Below are positions 26,330 to 39,106 of a stretch of 64,000 nt of DNA, piece after piece. This stretch comes from Marsupella aquatica. Its lineage: Eukaryota; Plantae; Marchantiophyta. The notes under the pieces were generated by a model. That model saw nothing but the letters and a program-made list of their open reading frames with translations. It searched no databases and was not told the origin of the DNA. Position 1 is the stretch's first letter, and every line of letters begins with the position of its first letter. The DNA is taken from NCBI GenBank assembly GCA_973895155.1, contig OZ316898.1:9287079-9351078 (forward strand), given 5' to 3'. Made by a program: the position numbers and the translations under genes.

Positions 26330-26757
26330 CTACCTCACTTTTTGTTTTTTAGAGGGGTGTACATCAATGACAATGTTTGATAAATGACTGGGATGGGCCA
26401 TTTTTAAATGTTGTTTTGATATTATTGAGTACACAATTCACTGTAATTGGTGTTATGTACGAATCCTGCTACATCACTTTTTGTTTTTGTGAGGGGATTA
26501 CATGAATCACAATGTTTGACAAATGACAGGGATGGACCAGTTTCAAATGTTGTTTTGAACTTAAGTACACCTTGCACTCGAATTGGTGTTATGTATGACT
26601 CCTGCTACATCAGTTTTTGTTTTCCTGGGAAACATCACTTTTTGTTTTGGGACGGGTGTACATAAATCACAATGTTTGACAAGTAACTGGGATGGACCAT
26701 TTTCAAATGTTGTTTGAACTTCACTACATTGTTCACTGTAATTGGTGTTATGTAAGA
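26330..26757. repeat. 140-160 bp tandem repeat x3
   Basis: CACTTTTTGTTTT...CAATGTTTGA...GGGATGG.CCA...AAATGTTGTTT...AATTGGTGTTATGTA repeated. Confidence 0.85.
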
Positions 26758-27541
26758 ATTAGCTTAGCTACCATATCAGCCTCAGTTTACTAACATTAAT
26801 TTTGGTGAGAGTGGTCTTGAATCCAAAGTTACAGTAATTCTTGTCAGTTTCTCAAAACAGTATTTTTTTCCTAAGTTTTGTCTGAAAATGCTAGTAGAAA
26901 ATGGATTATTTTGAGTCCAGTGTAACCGACTAAGTCTTGTGGATTTTCAAGACAAAACTTTTCCCACTATTTTTCCATTCTTGCCCATGTGTACTCATTC
27001 ATGTGAGCAGAATTAGTGTGAACACTGTATTATGTTTCTTTTGTGTGAATCTATGCCCACTCTAGGGTAATTTTTAGTTTTCTTGGGAGTCAGGCTAATG
27101 GCGCCTAGAAGGACTCCCCCTTATCGAGAGTTGGTGTCCTGAGTGCTACCAAATAATTCTATCTCAATCTAGCCGGTTAGATATTGTGCACTCCTATCTG
27201 GACACTCTCCTGACTTTGCAATCATTCCTTAAAATGCTAAAAATTGTAAATTGCATGGGTCTCTAGAGTTTTGTTTCCCTGGGCCCCAGATCGAAAAGGA
27301 CAACAACAATTATATTCATTTCTCTTTTTCGTCATTTCAATGACGAGTTCTATAAAGTATTGTGGATAAGGTTGAGCAACTTTAAACAACCTTCCGCAAA
27401 TGGTAATGAAAATCTTTAGGACTATCTTATCCAGATAAATCAGCAATTATACCATCCAGCACAAACTATTGACCTTAGCTAGAGTAGTTTATCGTTTCAT
27501 TTTCATCTTGATGCAGTCATACCTCTCCAATATATATATAA

Positions 27542-27896
27542 CGAGCCCAATGCCAGTGCGTTGCACTGTGCAAGGAGGGCCGTTCCCATAGGGAGAAAGC
27601 GCATGGAACGTAAACGTGGGAAGGGAGGCGAGCGAGGCAGGCAGCCAGGAGGGCACGAAGCCCTATGCACGGAAGGGAGGCGTGGCGAGGCAGGGCTCGA
27701 AACCCTATGCACGGAAGGGAGCAATTACGTGGGCCTGCGCCTGCCTGCGTGCGTCATTCCTGGCATGCGTGTCTCGTTAAACGATCAGACGGATACGAAA
27801 AAAGAGATGCTTTAATCTGACGGTTTAGTTTCATTCCCGCTGATATTCAAATTCATAACGGGATGACGGACGAAAGTGGCCTATTATAGTGTTAGA
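27542..27896 (-). mobile_element. Non-autonomous Helitron, 355 bp
   Basis: Minus strand starts A|TCTAACACTATAATA and ends with hairpin CAGTGC-AAC-GCACTG followed by CTCG|T; inserted between A and T with no TSD. Confidence 0.7.
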
Positions 27897-28454
27897 TTGG
27901 AAAGTTAGAAGCATATTCAAATAGAATGGTCATGTCCCTGTGAAACCCTTTTGGCCCCAGATCCCCTTGTCATTGGGGGAACTGGATGAAAAGCTTTCAT
28001 ATCTACTGTCAAATGGATCAGGGTAGGATAACCCGTTGGCTTCAAGGGGTTCCTGCATGTGATTCCTAAAGAATATACACTAACTTTTTACAAAAAAGGG
28101 CCAAACAGAGTACAAAAGAATAAACAAAAGAGGTCCCAAGGGGGCAAAACCAAGAACAAAAGGAACACACTAAGAACCAAGAAAGTGGAACTAAAACCAC
28201 CGCAAATGGACCGAGGTCCTTATCATTCCTAGATAATGTGGCTAATAGCTAATGGTCCACATCAAGTGTCGAAACTAAATCGGCATCCTAAAGGGTCTAT
28301 GGATTATATATCAAGCTTAGACCTAGTGTGTTCTTTTGTAATATTTTTACAGGAAAACTTTCACTTGGGTTTCATGACCCAATAGGTACAGGCCAGGGGT
28401 GCTCAGTCTAGTACACTTTGTATGGAACAGGGTTACTGATGGGTAGCCATTTAA

Positions 28455-28720
28455 ACCCCATGCCTGTATTCTCACAATCTTGTGGTAAAACATTTATAGC
28501 CGGATGACCTTTCTGGACAGAAATTACTTACGAAAACCTATGTCTGGGTGTGGGGGTTTTACTCTGTAACCTTACATCCATAATGTTTGAAAAAGCACAA
28601 TCTTGTGCTCAAAAATTTCCTAATAGCCAGATGACCTTTCTGGACAAAAATTACACATGAAAACCTATGTCTGGGTGGGGGTTCAAGTCTATAACCCTAC
28701 ATCCATAATGTTTGAAAAAG
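28455..28720. repeat. About 128-bp tandem duplication
   Basis: GATGACCTTTCTGGACA...AAAACCTATGTCTGGGTG...TACATCCATAATGTTTGAAAAAGC x2. Confidence 0.85.
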
Positions 28721-30505
28721 CTTCCTTGCTGTCATAGGTCAGCTTGATCTCACATTTTGGAAGCAGGGTTACACCTGGTTATGAGCTGTAACTCCCTTGC
28801 AAGGCTCACATTTTGGATGCATGGATATAACCTACCAAGCCCATCCACACACAGACTCGCACTCCATCCCTCTTCCCACACATTGTGGGAGAGCAGGGTT
28901 GATAGAACCTCCATTAGAACCCTGCTACTTGTTGGTCCCAATCCACTGGCGTCCAGAGTTAAGACCACTAGGCCCCAATCAAGTGCAAAAGTTCCAAATG
29001 CATATTGAAACCTACAAAGAGCCTGCCATGACTAGTAAACTACAAGTTATCTTATAACTTATTTCCAGTAACCCATAATACTCCTCATTCATCACATATT
29101 TTACAATCTTGCGTACAAAAGAACGTATCATATTTTAAGGACTTTTTTAATATAAGTGTCATCGCATTTAGCCATCAGACATAGGGGCATCTAGAAAACA
29201 GTGAGATATACGTCGCAAAAGAGAATATCATAGTTTAAAGAATTTTTGAATATAAGTGTCATCTTATTTAGCCACCATACTAGGGCATCTAGGATCAAAA
29301 CAGTGAGATCTACGTCTCACAGATTTAGGGGCATCTAGGCTCAAAACAGTGAGATGCATGTCTCACAAACTAAGGGGCATGTAGGAATAATCATATTTTT
29401 TTGAGACGTCACCTAAAAAGTTTGTAGGGTACTATGATGGATGGCAATGGAAGATAGGTCACCTTGGCCAATGAGGCCAGTTTAGGCCCTTTGAATTGGT
29501 TCTTTCCTCTTGGAGTCTATTCATCTTGCTCCATTCTACCTAAAGGTGAAGTCCAATTTCATACCACGGAGCTCTATCGGGATCTGCACTTTGCCCATAG
29601 ATAGAGAATAGGCTTTTGTGTACTTGGTTGTTCTTGTGATGGGTTCTTGCCCATATCGTTTTGGCCTTTTGGTTACAGTCCCAGGTCTTTTGCCATGTCC
29701 CCAGGTTGCCTGGGCGCCTTTTGTTTTTTGGCCAGTTTGAAATGTACAGTGTGGCCTTGGTAAACTCTACAGGAGCAACAATCTTCTCCTTGACCTCTAC
29801 TCGCCCTTCCGATCCAAACCTGCCAGCATATTAACCATGTGACTGCGCGACCCATCTGGAAGCTGGTCTACTCGAACATGCTGTCCAATTAATGGTTACA
29901 GTAGCTCACTATTGAAGCAGTTCATGCTCCATCCTGAGTTCTATCGGTTGCCTAGCTCGGCATTGCATCACAGTGGAAAATTCCAGGAGGTGAGCTATCC
30001 ATGCCCAGATTCCTGTGAGCATATGGCAGCTCCCGATATCGATCGAGATTGTTCCAGGTCTTCCACGAGTCATGGCATCGTATGTACGTGCGGTGTTAGC
30101 AGCGTTCTTTGGCATGATTCAGGAAGGAAGGCCACGCAGTTGTTGAAGGCTACGGTAGCGATGGGACTTTCTAAGACGAGCAAATTTAAAGCGACGTTAT
30201 AGTTGAGGATCTAATCAAAAGCTAGCTATGTGTCCTTTTTTCTTCGCTTCAAAGTTCAAACTCTTCCAGGCAGCCAAGCAACTACGTATCCTCGTACGTA
30301 TCACACACAATGAGTAACCGGGTAAGTAACTGAGAATTGGAGGGCAGTCCACTGCAGGCAGTGAGATTACGTAATGTGTGGTCTGAATAAATCACATCCA
30401 GCGATGCATTCCATGATAGTTCATTATGGTATGAATCTTTAATTGATCCATACGCGACGAAAGTAATTCAATGAGGACTCGCCTAAGTGACTGCTATTAA
30501 GTTGT

Positions 30506-33447
30506 TCACAGAAATGCAAGTGTCTTGACATTCCAAGGCGAACTGACTTCCATGGGACCTGACCAGAAGCTGTCAGCGATGAGCTTATAGGTCGTAGCAG
30601 TCGGATGGAACTCATCCCAAAACAGGTGGTCGCTCGCATTTTGACAGAGGGAGCTCCACACAACGCAGGGTTTCATGCCTCCATAATCTCCCGTTCCGCA
30701 ACAAGACTGGTGTGTGTGTTTGATCCCTGTATCATTATCCAGTCACAACATCCGTTATCATTCCAGATCATGCAGTGAAGATCATGCAGTGTATGCTGAA
30801 CCACGTGCTTAATTAATTTCATTTAGGAAAGACACTCCCAATGTGCTTCACGTTTCCATAGAACAGATTGAAAGAGTCAATCGAGAACTTGTGATATTTC
30901 AACTATCGATCACATATTTCAATGACAGAACAGAATTCCTGAGCTACAAGTCGGATAATGGTACCGTGAGAAGCCGCATTGTCAATGAGGTTGCTGAACG
31001 CCAGGTAAGCGTCATTGTATGCCAGCTTTGCTCCGGGCAGGTGTCTTCGCAGGCCGTGAAGACTATCAGCGAGGAGTGCATTGTAGTCCATGGCTAGCTT
31101 ATTGACTGAAGCGATGCATTCGCCTTCCTTGCTTCCCATCTTGAACAGCTGGGATGGCAGACAACCCAATGGCGATAGAGAAACCACTACGATCTTCCTG
31201 GCCCCCATTTTGAAGAGCGCCTAGCCATTCCATAAAAGGGAGGAATACAATAAACATCGACGTCAGGGTTATTAATGAATCTATGCATTTTTCCTGGATA
31301 TCTTGGAATGCTCTTCCTGGACCCTTGATCTCTCCGAACTAGTTTTCATTTCTGGCACCATGATCATCGCAAATACCATAGAGATTTTAAGGCAGACTGA
31401 TGCAATCTGATGGTACCCTTCTTGCCGCTCCTTTTCTCGTAACATATGATTGACAGCATTATATTCTAGCTCGTTCATGGAAAAGATGTAGTTAATGCGG
31501 TGTATGACCTATAGCCCCGCGGCCTCGAACAGGTCTGGGTGTAGTATGGGCAATATTAGAGCTTCTAGCATGCAGTAATTCACTGGCTGCAACCGGGGCT
31601 GCAACACTCATTCCTCATGTCTAAACAGCACGGGCATCTGTTTCAAGCATTATAGTGTAATCTATCTACCAGGTCTGTTTCAGTATGTAATCTTACCCTA
31701 ATTTTTTCAGTGAAACTGACGAGAACAAGTTGTTCAAAATCAGCGGGACCCAACTGCCAGTACGGACTGTTAGGAAGCAAGTAATTGTTTATAAAATCAT
31801 TGCTTCCGGTCGAGATGTAGTAGATCGATTCGGAGATGATCTTCGAAGCCTGGCGCACTCCAATTTCTGTTTGGAGCATTTGCTGCACTATCTGGAAATT
31901 TTCGAGCTGCTCTGAGAACGAAATGAACTCACCCTGCGCGTAAACGCTCTCGCCCATGGAGATCATGCTTGTGTTAGTATATGTGACTCGGGGAATTGGC
32001 AAATTGTTGTGTCTACATGTCAGTGAACAATGCTCGAAATCAACATACGTGTTGTCGAGGGGTCAAGAACGAGGAGCTTACGAAAATGCTGCCGGTGTCC
32101 GAAAGAACTCCTGACCCTGCAGAAGCGAAGTTGACTCCTTGCGCAAATCCTGAACCTGATGCGAAGGACGGCACCAGCGGAAGTCCCAGATAATTTGCTG
32201 GAAAAACACGTTGTCAGTCCAATTTGGTTATTGTGTTAACTTAGTCCGACGACAAAGCACAACACACTCCGGGGATTCACCGAACTTTAATGCTACAGAG
32301 AGACAAGTAACACGCGCATACATTTGTCTTGACGTATGCTGCCATTGCCTGTAAGCCGAAGCCTTTAGGGAAGGTTGGTCCGCACCCATTTGAGTTCCGG
32401 TGCAGCTGCAGGAGGGCAATGTCGCACTTGGTTGGAAGCATGAGAAGAAGCTGAGGGTAATTAATCGTCAGCTTCGCGTGATGAATTCGGTGGCCAAAAC
32501 TCTGACGCTAGTGGAGAGCTTAAACCGAGTTAAGGAGCGGAGGAGTTCCGCTGAAGCCCTCCATTAGTGTGAGCATCTTGGCCGTCGAATTCACCACACG
32601 AAGTTAACGAGTAATCACCCTCAACGTTTTCTTGTTCTCCGAACCAGGCGCGACGGTTGCCCTCCTGCAGCCCTCCTACAGCTGCAGCTTGGCTGTCTTC
32701 ACATGGGTGCAGATAAACCTTCCCTCTGAGCTCCCGCTTCAGGCAATGGCAGCGTACAAAATTTGAGCTCAACCCTCAGGACCGCCAAGCATTAACAGAG
32801 CCATCACGCAAAAACAAGAGCATGCGACGTGTCATCGAGCAGACAATTTTCAGTTATTCAAACAAAAGCTAACTATCTCAACCTGACGTTTCCTGCAAGT
32901 ACCGAGCCAGCACATGATTGATGATTCCATGATTCCTTGCCTTAGTCTGGAAGGCTCTAGCAATTTTCAGAACGATGATGAGAATTGCCTTAGTCTGGAA
33001 GGCTCTAGCACTTTTAAGAAAGATGATGAGAAAGGTAATCAAACCAATGAAGTCCACACTCAGTCGGCCGTCGCAGAAGCGGCCTGTTGGTAGGCCCGTA
33101 TCAAAATCCATCCCATAAGGCCAGAACGTCGCTTGAGCAAGGGTTGCGAGGTTATTGTTATTCCCGACATCCACAGTGGAGTCCCCGAATATGAAAAGCG
33201 CTGGCACTTGATTATCCGAAACTTGCAGCCCAACTGCACTCGACAGCGAATTCCTTCGACAGTTTGTCCCGTTGGAGACCGATGTAAGCTGAGCTAGCTC
33301 GACACACTCAACTTCTCTCGAACTTTTCTGCGTCATCATTGGCACCACCTCTGACTCAGCCATAGAACAAGAACGCAGGACCTGCATAATCAGTGAAGCA
33401 ATCACTAGCGCCATCGGCTCTAAGCTGTGTTTACCGCCCCGCCCCAT
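30506..33447 (-). CDS. GDSL esterase/lipase (SGNH hydrolase), about 410 aa, 5 exons
   Basis: Exons on minus: 33447-33045, 32197-32082, 31933-31697, 31220-30965, 30726-30506. GT-AG introns; 1233 nt in frame. Blocks [51 protein letters not shown] (Ser-Asp-His triad intact); hydrophobic N-terminal signal-like segment. Confidence 0.95.
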
Positions 33448-34589
33448 TAAGGTTACTCGATAGAATGTTGCACAAAATCTCTCGATCGGTGCTGTTGAAT
33501 TGCAAAAGGCTCTCTCAGGGAGACGGGCCGCTGCTCACTCAATGTAGGTCTGCACTCTAGATAACAATGAGCAAAAGGGTACTTGAATGTATTGTCTTAG
33601 ACCGAGATGAGTAATCCCCTCCTCACGCGAGCTCGTCCGTAGAGAAGTTCGGAAATTTTCAAAGAGGGATCGAACCAAGCTTCTCCATTTTCAGAGTCTT
33701 TTGAAAACAACTGTATATGTGAATTTCTCCATAAAACCAGCTAACAGTTGTTCAAACTGGCGGCGATTCACGAGACTGTATCCCATTAGCTGGATCGACC
33801 GATCGACATTTAGCACGAGAGAAACTTCCTGATAATTATGTCGAATTTAGCGACCAAGGAACGTACCCCGTACCAAGACGTGTAGCTTGTCGAATAATTC
33901 TACTAAAATGAATCGTATATAAGCTAGATCCACCCTGACGATGAGGGGGCGAGAGCTGTCAAGATACGTTGAATTGGCAGCCCATCACGCTGATCCGCAG
34001 ACTACCACGTACTAAAGGCAAAAAGTTTAATTGACCGTCTCTTTCCTCCTGCCGTATGAATCGCGGGCCGCATTGTTGATGGTTAAGTCACTGCTGTACT
34101 CATGACAGTGACAACCTAGCACTGTCTACTAAAAGTCTTTTAAAAATCTCCCAATGCTGTCATGATCGATATCTCCCAGCTCATTCCGACCATTCGACGT
34201 TCGACCGTGGAAGCCCCAAAATCTATAGCGTGGAAAGGAGCAACGGATGGGAGTATGATATTATCCTTTCGACTTCCAGTCCATCTAAATTCGTGCAGTC
34301 CTCATCAGACATCAGGACATGACTGGGGCCATCTTGATCAGGGGCCAGCATTGTTGCTGGGGACTTCAAGTTCAATAGCGGCAGCTATGGTTGGCTTGGA
34401 AACTAATGGCGATACGTACTGTACTGTAGAGAGCCGGCGTTTCTCAGAACCTCAACGAATGTTCCAAACGTTAGCGAGTCAACCAGTAAAACTCGATCAG
34501 CGCCATCACTATGCTGTCTCCTACTTTGTGAATTGGAGATCCCTCAAGTCGGAAGAAATCGCGGCCAGAGTTCAGTCTTTCAAACCTGA

Positions 34590-35110
34590 GTTTTTGTTTT
34601 TTTTCTTTTGAAACGAAATGAGTAATAAATTGTTTTCTTTAACACTTTTGTTAGTAGACTCTCCCAACCCCAATGGTGACATACTTTCATTGGAGGGAAC
34701 ACATTTCAGAGTGAGCTCCACAGGTGTGACATACATGCATTGTAGCTCGCATTGTAGTGAACACATTTCAGGGTGAGCTTCCACAGGTGTGACTTACTTT
34801 TATCTCAGGGAACACATTTCAGGGTGAGCTTCCTCAGGTGTGACATACTTTTCTCGTAGGGAACACATTTCAGGGTGAGCCCCCACAGGTCCAACAAGGA
34901 CCCACACCAAGAGAGAGAGTCTTAAAGCAGGGTTACAAAGTGGGCAACCAGGAGCCTAAATCAGAACCCCCTTCCACTAGGTACCTACGTAACCTATCCC
35001 ACTCACACATATATACCTTCCACACCCCTGTGTGTGGAGGGGGATTGAACTTGAGTGGGACTCTGGGTTCCAAGCGTATCCCCTAGCCAACTGACCTAGG
35101 CCCGAGTTTT
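34590..35110 (-). mobile_element. tRNA-derived SINE with an internal segment amplified about 4x
   Basis: A-box-like TAGGTCAGTTGG (35087-35098), B-box-like AGTTCAATCCC (35041-35051); body homologous to 14015-14335; GGGAACACATTTCAGGGTGAGC...CAGGTGTGAC x4 at 34694-34890; A-rich tail. Confidence 0.65.
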
Positions 35111-35301
35111 GGAGAGAACTAGTTTGAAGCCCAAAAAGTATAAGTAGGCTGTGCAGGCATTGAACTTGGTTTCTTTCCTTAGTTTTTAAAATTGTGGTAC
35201 ATCTCAAGAAAGCAAAAAAATTGATAATGACTAGTGTGAATGCCCAATTGTTGAATGTTAATAGAAACCATGACAAAACTCATCTTGCATGAATGACTTA
35301 A

Positions 35302-35820
35302 CTAGGCCAATACCTATGCATTGCACAAAAAGATGTTGAGGTGGGAAAAAGATGTCAAGGTGAAGAAAATGTCTATGAGAGAAAAAAAATGTTGAGGTGA
35401 GGAAAAGAAGTTAAGGTGAGAAAATATGCCAAAGAGAAAAGATGGTGAGGTACGTGAGAAAAAGATATAAAGATGAGGAAAATATGTCAATGAGAGAAAA
35501 TATGTCAGGGGTGAGAGAAAGACGTTGTGGTGAGATAAAGATGTCAAGGTGAGAAAATGATGGTGAGTGAGATGAGAAATTAAAAGATATGATAGCAAGG
35601 TGAGAAAAGATGTTAAAGTGAGGAAATTGTCTCAAGGAGAGTGATGTCGAGGAGAGAAAGAATGTCAAGGGTGAGGAAAAAATGTCGTGGTAAGATAAAG
35701 ATGTCAATGTGAGAAAAGATGGCAAGATGAAAAAAATATGACAAGGCAAGGGAAAGATGTTGACAAGAGATCCCCGGGAGAGATAAGTATGTAAACATTA
35801 GAAAAATATGTTAGGCAAGA
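35302..35820 (-). mobile_element. Probable Helitron 3' end carrying a degenerate ~20-bp purine-rich tandem array
   Basis: Minus strand ends TGTGCAATGCATAGG...CTAG|T at 35302; GATGTCAAGGTGAGAAAA-like units over 35330-35800; 5' boundary uncertain. Confidence 0.5.
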
Positions 35821-36269
35821 CAGAAAATTACGTGCTTTGCAATGTAGTTATTGAGACATGTTATGTGTGATCTCAACCATACACTTTGTGGTAGTGTTCC
35901 ATAACCTGTGCATTGCACACAAAAACTGCAGACCCAAGATCTAGTGGTCATCACATCAAGAGCCCAAGCACAATCGAGTGACAGGAAAAAATATTTTTAA
36001 ACTTTAAATTTCTAGAGAAATATATATTTTATAATTTATTTATATTCAGAGATTTTAGAAAAAAATAAATTTTCCAATCCTATATTAATATGAATAAACA
36101 TAATTATTTTCTAATTAAGTTTTTCATCTTGGGCTCGGGTGGGCTGCAGGCTAAAGGGTAGCTTGGACATTTACTTATTTTAGATGGCAGGGGTATATGG
36201 ATAGATCTGAAGGTGTTAAAAAATAAGGTTTTGATGAAGGGTCAAAATTGGTTCAAGCTTTATTAGGGA

Positions 36270-36518
36270 TGAGCCCTATGCCCGTGCATTGCACAGGCAA
36301 GGGGGGTTGGCCCATAGGGAGTCAGGGTGGGGCATTTATGGGGGTGTGAGGAAGCACATATGCGCTTGGGGGGGGGGGGGGGGCATTTTCTCCATCACTG
36401 GTCAGGGAAAATAGCCAAACAAATCCAATAGGCTAGGTATGGATCTTTCCCGCCCAGGAGCTTTTTTGCATTGGGACTAAGGACAAAAAAATGCGGGATC
36501 CCTTATTATAGTTGTAGA
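36270..36518 (-). mobile_element. Non-autonomous Helitron, 249 bp, same termini as 27542-27896
   Basis: Minus strand A|TCTACAACTATAATA ... GCCTGTGCAATGCACGGGC hairpin ... CTCA|T. Confidence 0.65.
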
Positions 36519-37247
36519 TGGAGATAGAGTATTATAGTGCTAAAAACTGGATGGTAGAGGGAGGAGCAGTTTATATGCATGGATGGTACAAAAAGGACTC
36601 TCGTGCATTGACAGGTCCCTTTTTGCATCTCGGGTGTGCTTGTTGGTGTCCCCTCTGCCACTGGGTTTCCGTGGCTCCCATTTTATGAAACATAAAAAAA
36701 TTCAAGGACAGCTCCTTTTCTTGCTTGGAAAACAGTGGCACTTTCCATCACACTAAATGTAATTCTTTTTTATTTAGTCCTTCTCTTTGTCAGATTCTTT
36801 ATTTTTGGGGCACTGCAAATTCAAAAGACAACCACTCTATAAAAGAGCAGGACCTTGTATATTAGTTTTGATATAATTCAATCAACTTTTCCATCCTGGA
36901 CATAAATCTTGGTACTAGGGCCCTAGAGTCACTTTCTAGAGGTTTCCCTATAGAAGCCTATACCCCAGCTCTAACTTCTCTTTGCAATTTATTAATAAAA
37001 TTGATCTTGGTGAGTATGATCCTGAAAACACAAAATTTTACTGTACTTATTGGTTGGAGTTGGAGTTGACCAAACAAAAATTAAAAACACACTCACTAGG
37101 TTAAGGGTTTGAGATAATTTGTATCTGGTCAAAAGGCATACATTCCTGATTGTTAGTTTTAACTAAGGGATGATGTAGGTTCAAACCTCAGTTCAAACAT
37201 CAAACTCTAGCTATTCTTAATTCTTAAATCAGAGAAACAACCAGCAG

Positions 37248-37591
37248 TGTTAGGATTTACTCTTAGGTCTAGAGTTACGACTGTACCGTAGTTAAGGCTA
37301 ACCCTACTCGTAAACTTGGTTAGGTTAGTCATGTTGTGCACATTCTATAACCAAGCGGTGTTTGCTTGGTGAGGGGGGACTCAGGCTCATTGTTACGGAG
37401 CTAGTTGAGAGATAGAGAGAGCTTGCACTGTGGATGCTTGGAATGGCGATCGGCCTAGAGTGCAGTAAAGCTCTCGTGTGTTCCCGTGGACATAGCCTCA
37501 TAAGGAGGTGAACCACGTATCTCTCTGTGTCGACTCTTGTGCGTTGGATGGTTCATGGGCTTGCCGTTGCGATTGTCGTCTATGCTCAACA
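37248..37591 (+). repeat. 5' LTR
   Basis: TGTTAGG...CTCAACA, followed by the PBS. Confidence 0.95.
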
Positions 37592-39106
37592 AATGGTATT
37601 AGAGCATGCCTAGGAGGTGACGAGGTTTTTTCGTGACGGTTTTCCAGCGTTCATTGTTGGTGTTGCATTCGGGGTTTCGTCGCATGAAACTCGAATGTGT
37701 GTGGCTGAGCGAATAGGTTAGTGAGATGGCTTTCTAACGGTGGTTAGAACTCGCTGATCGGTATCCGTGGTGCGGAGGAATTGAAGTTTGCGTCGTTCAG
37801 GGTTTATTCGTGTTCGACGGGATTTCGGGAGAGAGACCAGAGATTGTTTTTTCAACGGTGTGAGCTGTGCGGTGCGGGAGGCATCGTATGTTATAGATCA
37901 AGTTGAAGGTTGAAGCGAGCTGGTCGTTTTGGTACCTGGTTTGCTGGCATTTGTGGAGCGAGTGCGTCGTGACGAGTGAAAGTTGAGTTCTGGTTTTTTG
38001 ACAAGCTATGGTGCTTGTTTTTCCCTGAACCGGATTACTCGTCGTGACGCTTGACTCGGAGGAAGAAACACGAAGTGCTGAGGCTCAACGGAGAGATCGT
38101 GGTGAGGCGATTGTTTGAGTCTGGGATTGGCCCTTGACGCGGAGAGAGTAAGACACGGCAGAGGTTTTCTCTTCTCTGGTGGAGCTGCAGACGTGCCGGT
38201 GCAATTCGGCAACATTTCATGTCGGAGGTCATCACTTTTCTCATTGGAAACCGAAGCGAAGGCACCTGAGGTTTGTAACATGGCCTTTGTGTCATTTTCT
38301 GGCACATTTTAAGGTTAGTTTAGGGCATTTTTTTGCCCCCATACAGCCTGTATACCTTCAAATCCCCACAAACCTACTTTGCCATATCCCCCTGCGTGCG
38401 CCCCGGCCTCCCACACCCCTTTAAGCACAAAAATGTGCTTTCTCTAGTGAAAATACGGCCCAAAACGCCCTTATACGGCCCGAATATGCGAAAATACGCA
38501 CATTTTGACCCCTTTAACCCCATTTTTTTCACGTTTTTTGGCAGTTTATATGTGATTCTGGTCGCGAATACGTGCCCCTTTTCCAGGAACTTTAAGACCC
38601 CTTTAAAGTGCTTTTTTCTGATTTTTTTCCTCCTCCTTCTCATTGGTTGTGCCGCATACCGGGCCCTGTGACCCTCCATTTTAACCGCTTAGACAGGGGG
38701 AACGGCCCCCTGTGAGACCTGTCGGACTCTACAAGAATATTCCCAAAAAATAGAGAGTTGTTTTTTGGCCATCCGACAAAGATTCCGTCCGCCAAACGGT
38801 AACTTTTTTGGTTCTTTTTTGGCGAGGTCGTAGCCATTGAAGTTGGCAACGCGGCGCACCGATCACATCACGATTCTGACAACGAGTTGTACTTGGTATT
38901 TCGGTTATTCCTTGAGGTGGTCAAAACGGGGGAGTTTCCCAAGGTTTTACCCACCCCGACCGAAATTTGAATAACTTTTCCGTTAAATTTCAATTTTGAT
39001 TTTGATTTTCAGTATTGGACTCCTAGCTTCGTGGGCTACGCGGCAGTGTTGAGTTTCAAGTTTTTTTAGAAGGTGTGAAAAACGACATTTTTTGTGATTT
39101 TCTCAT

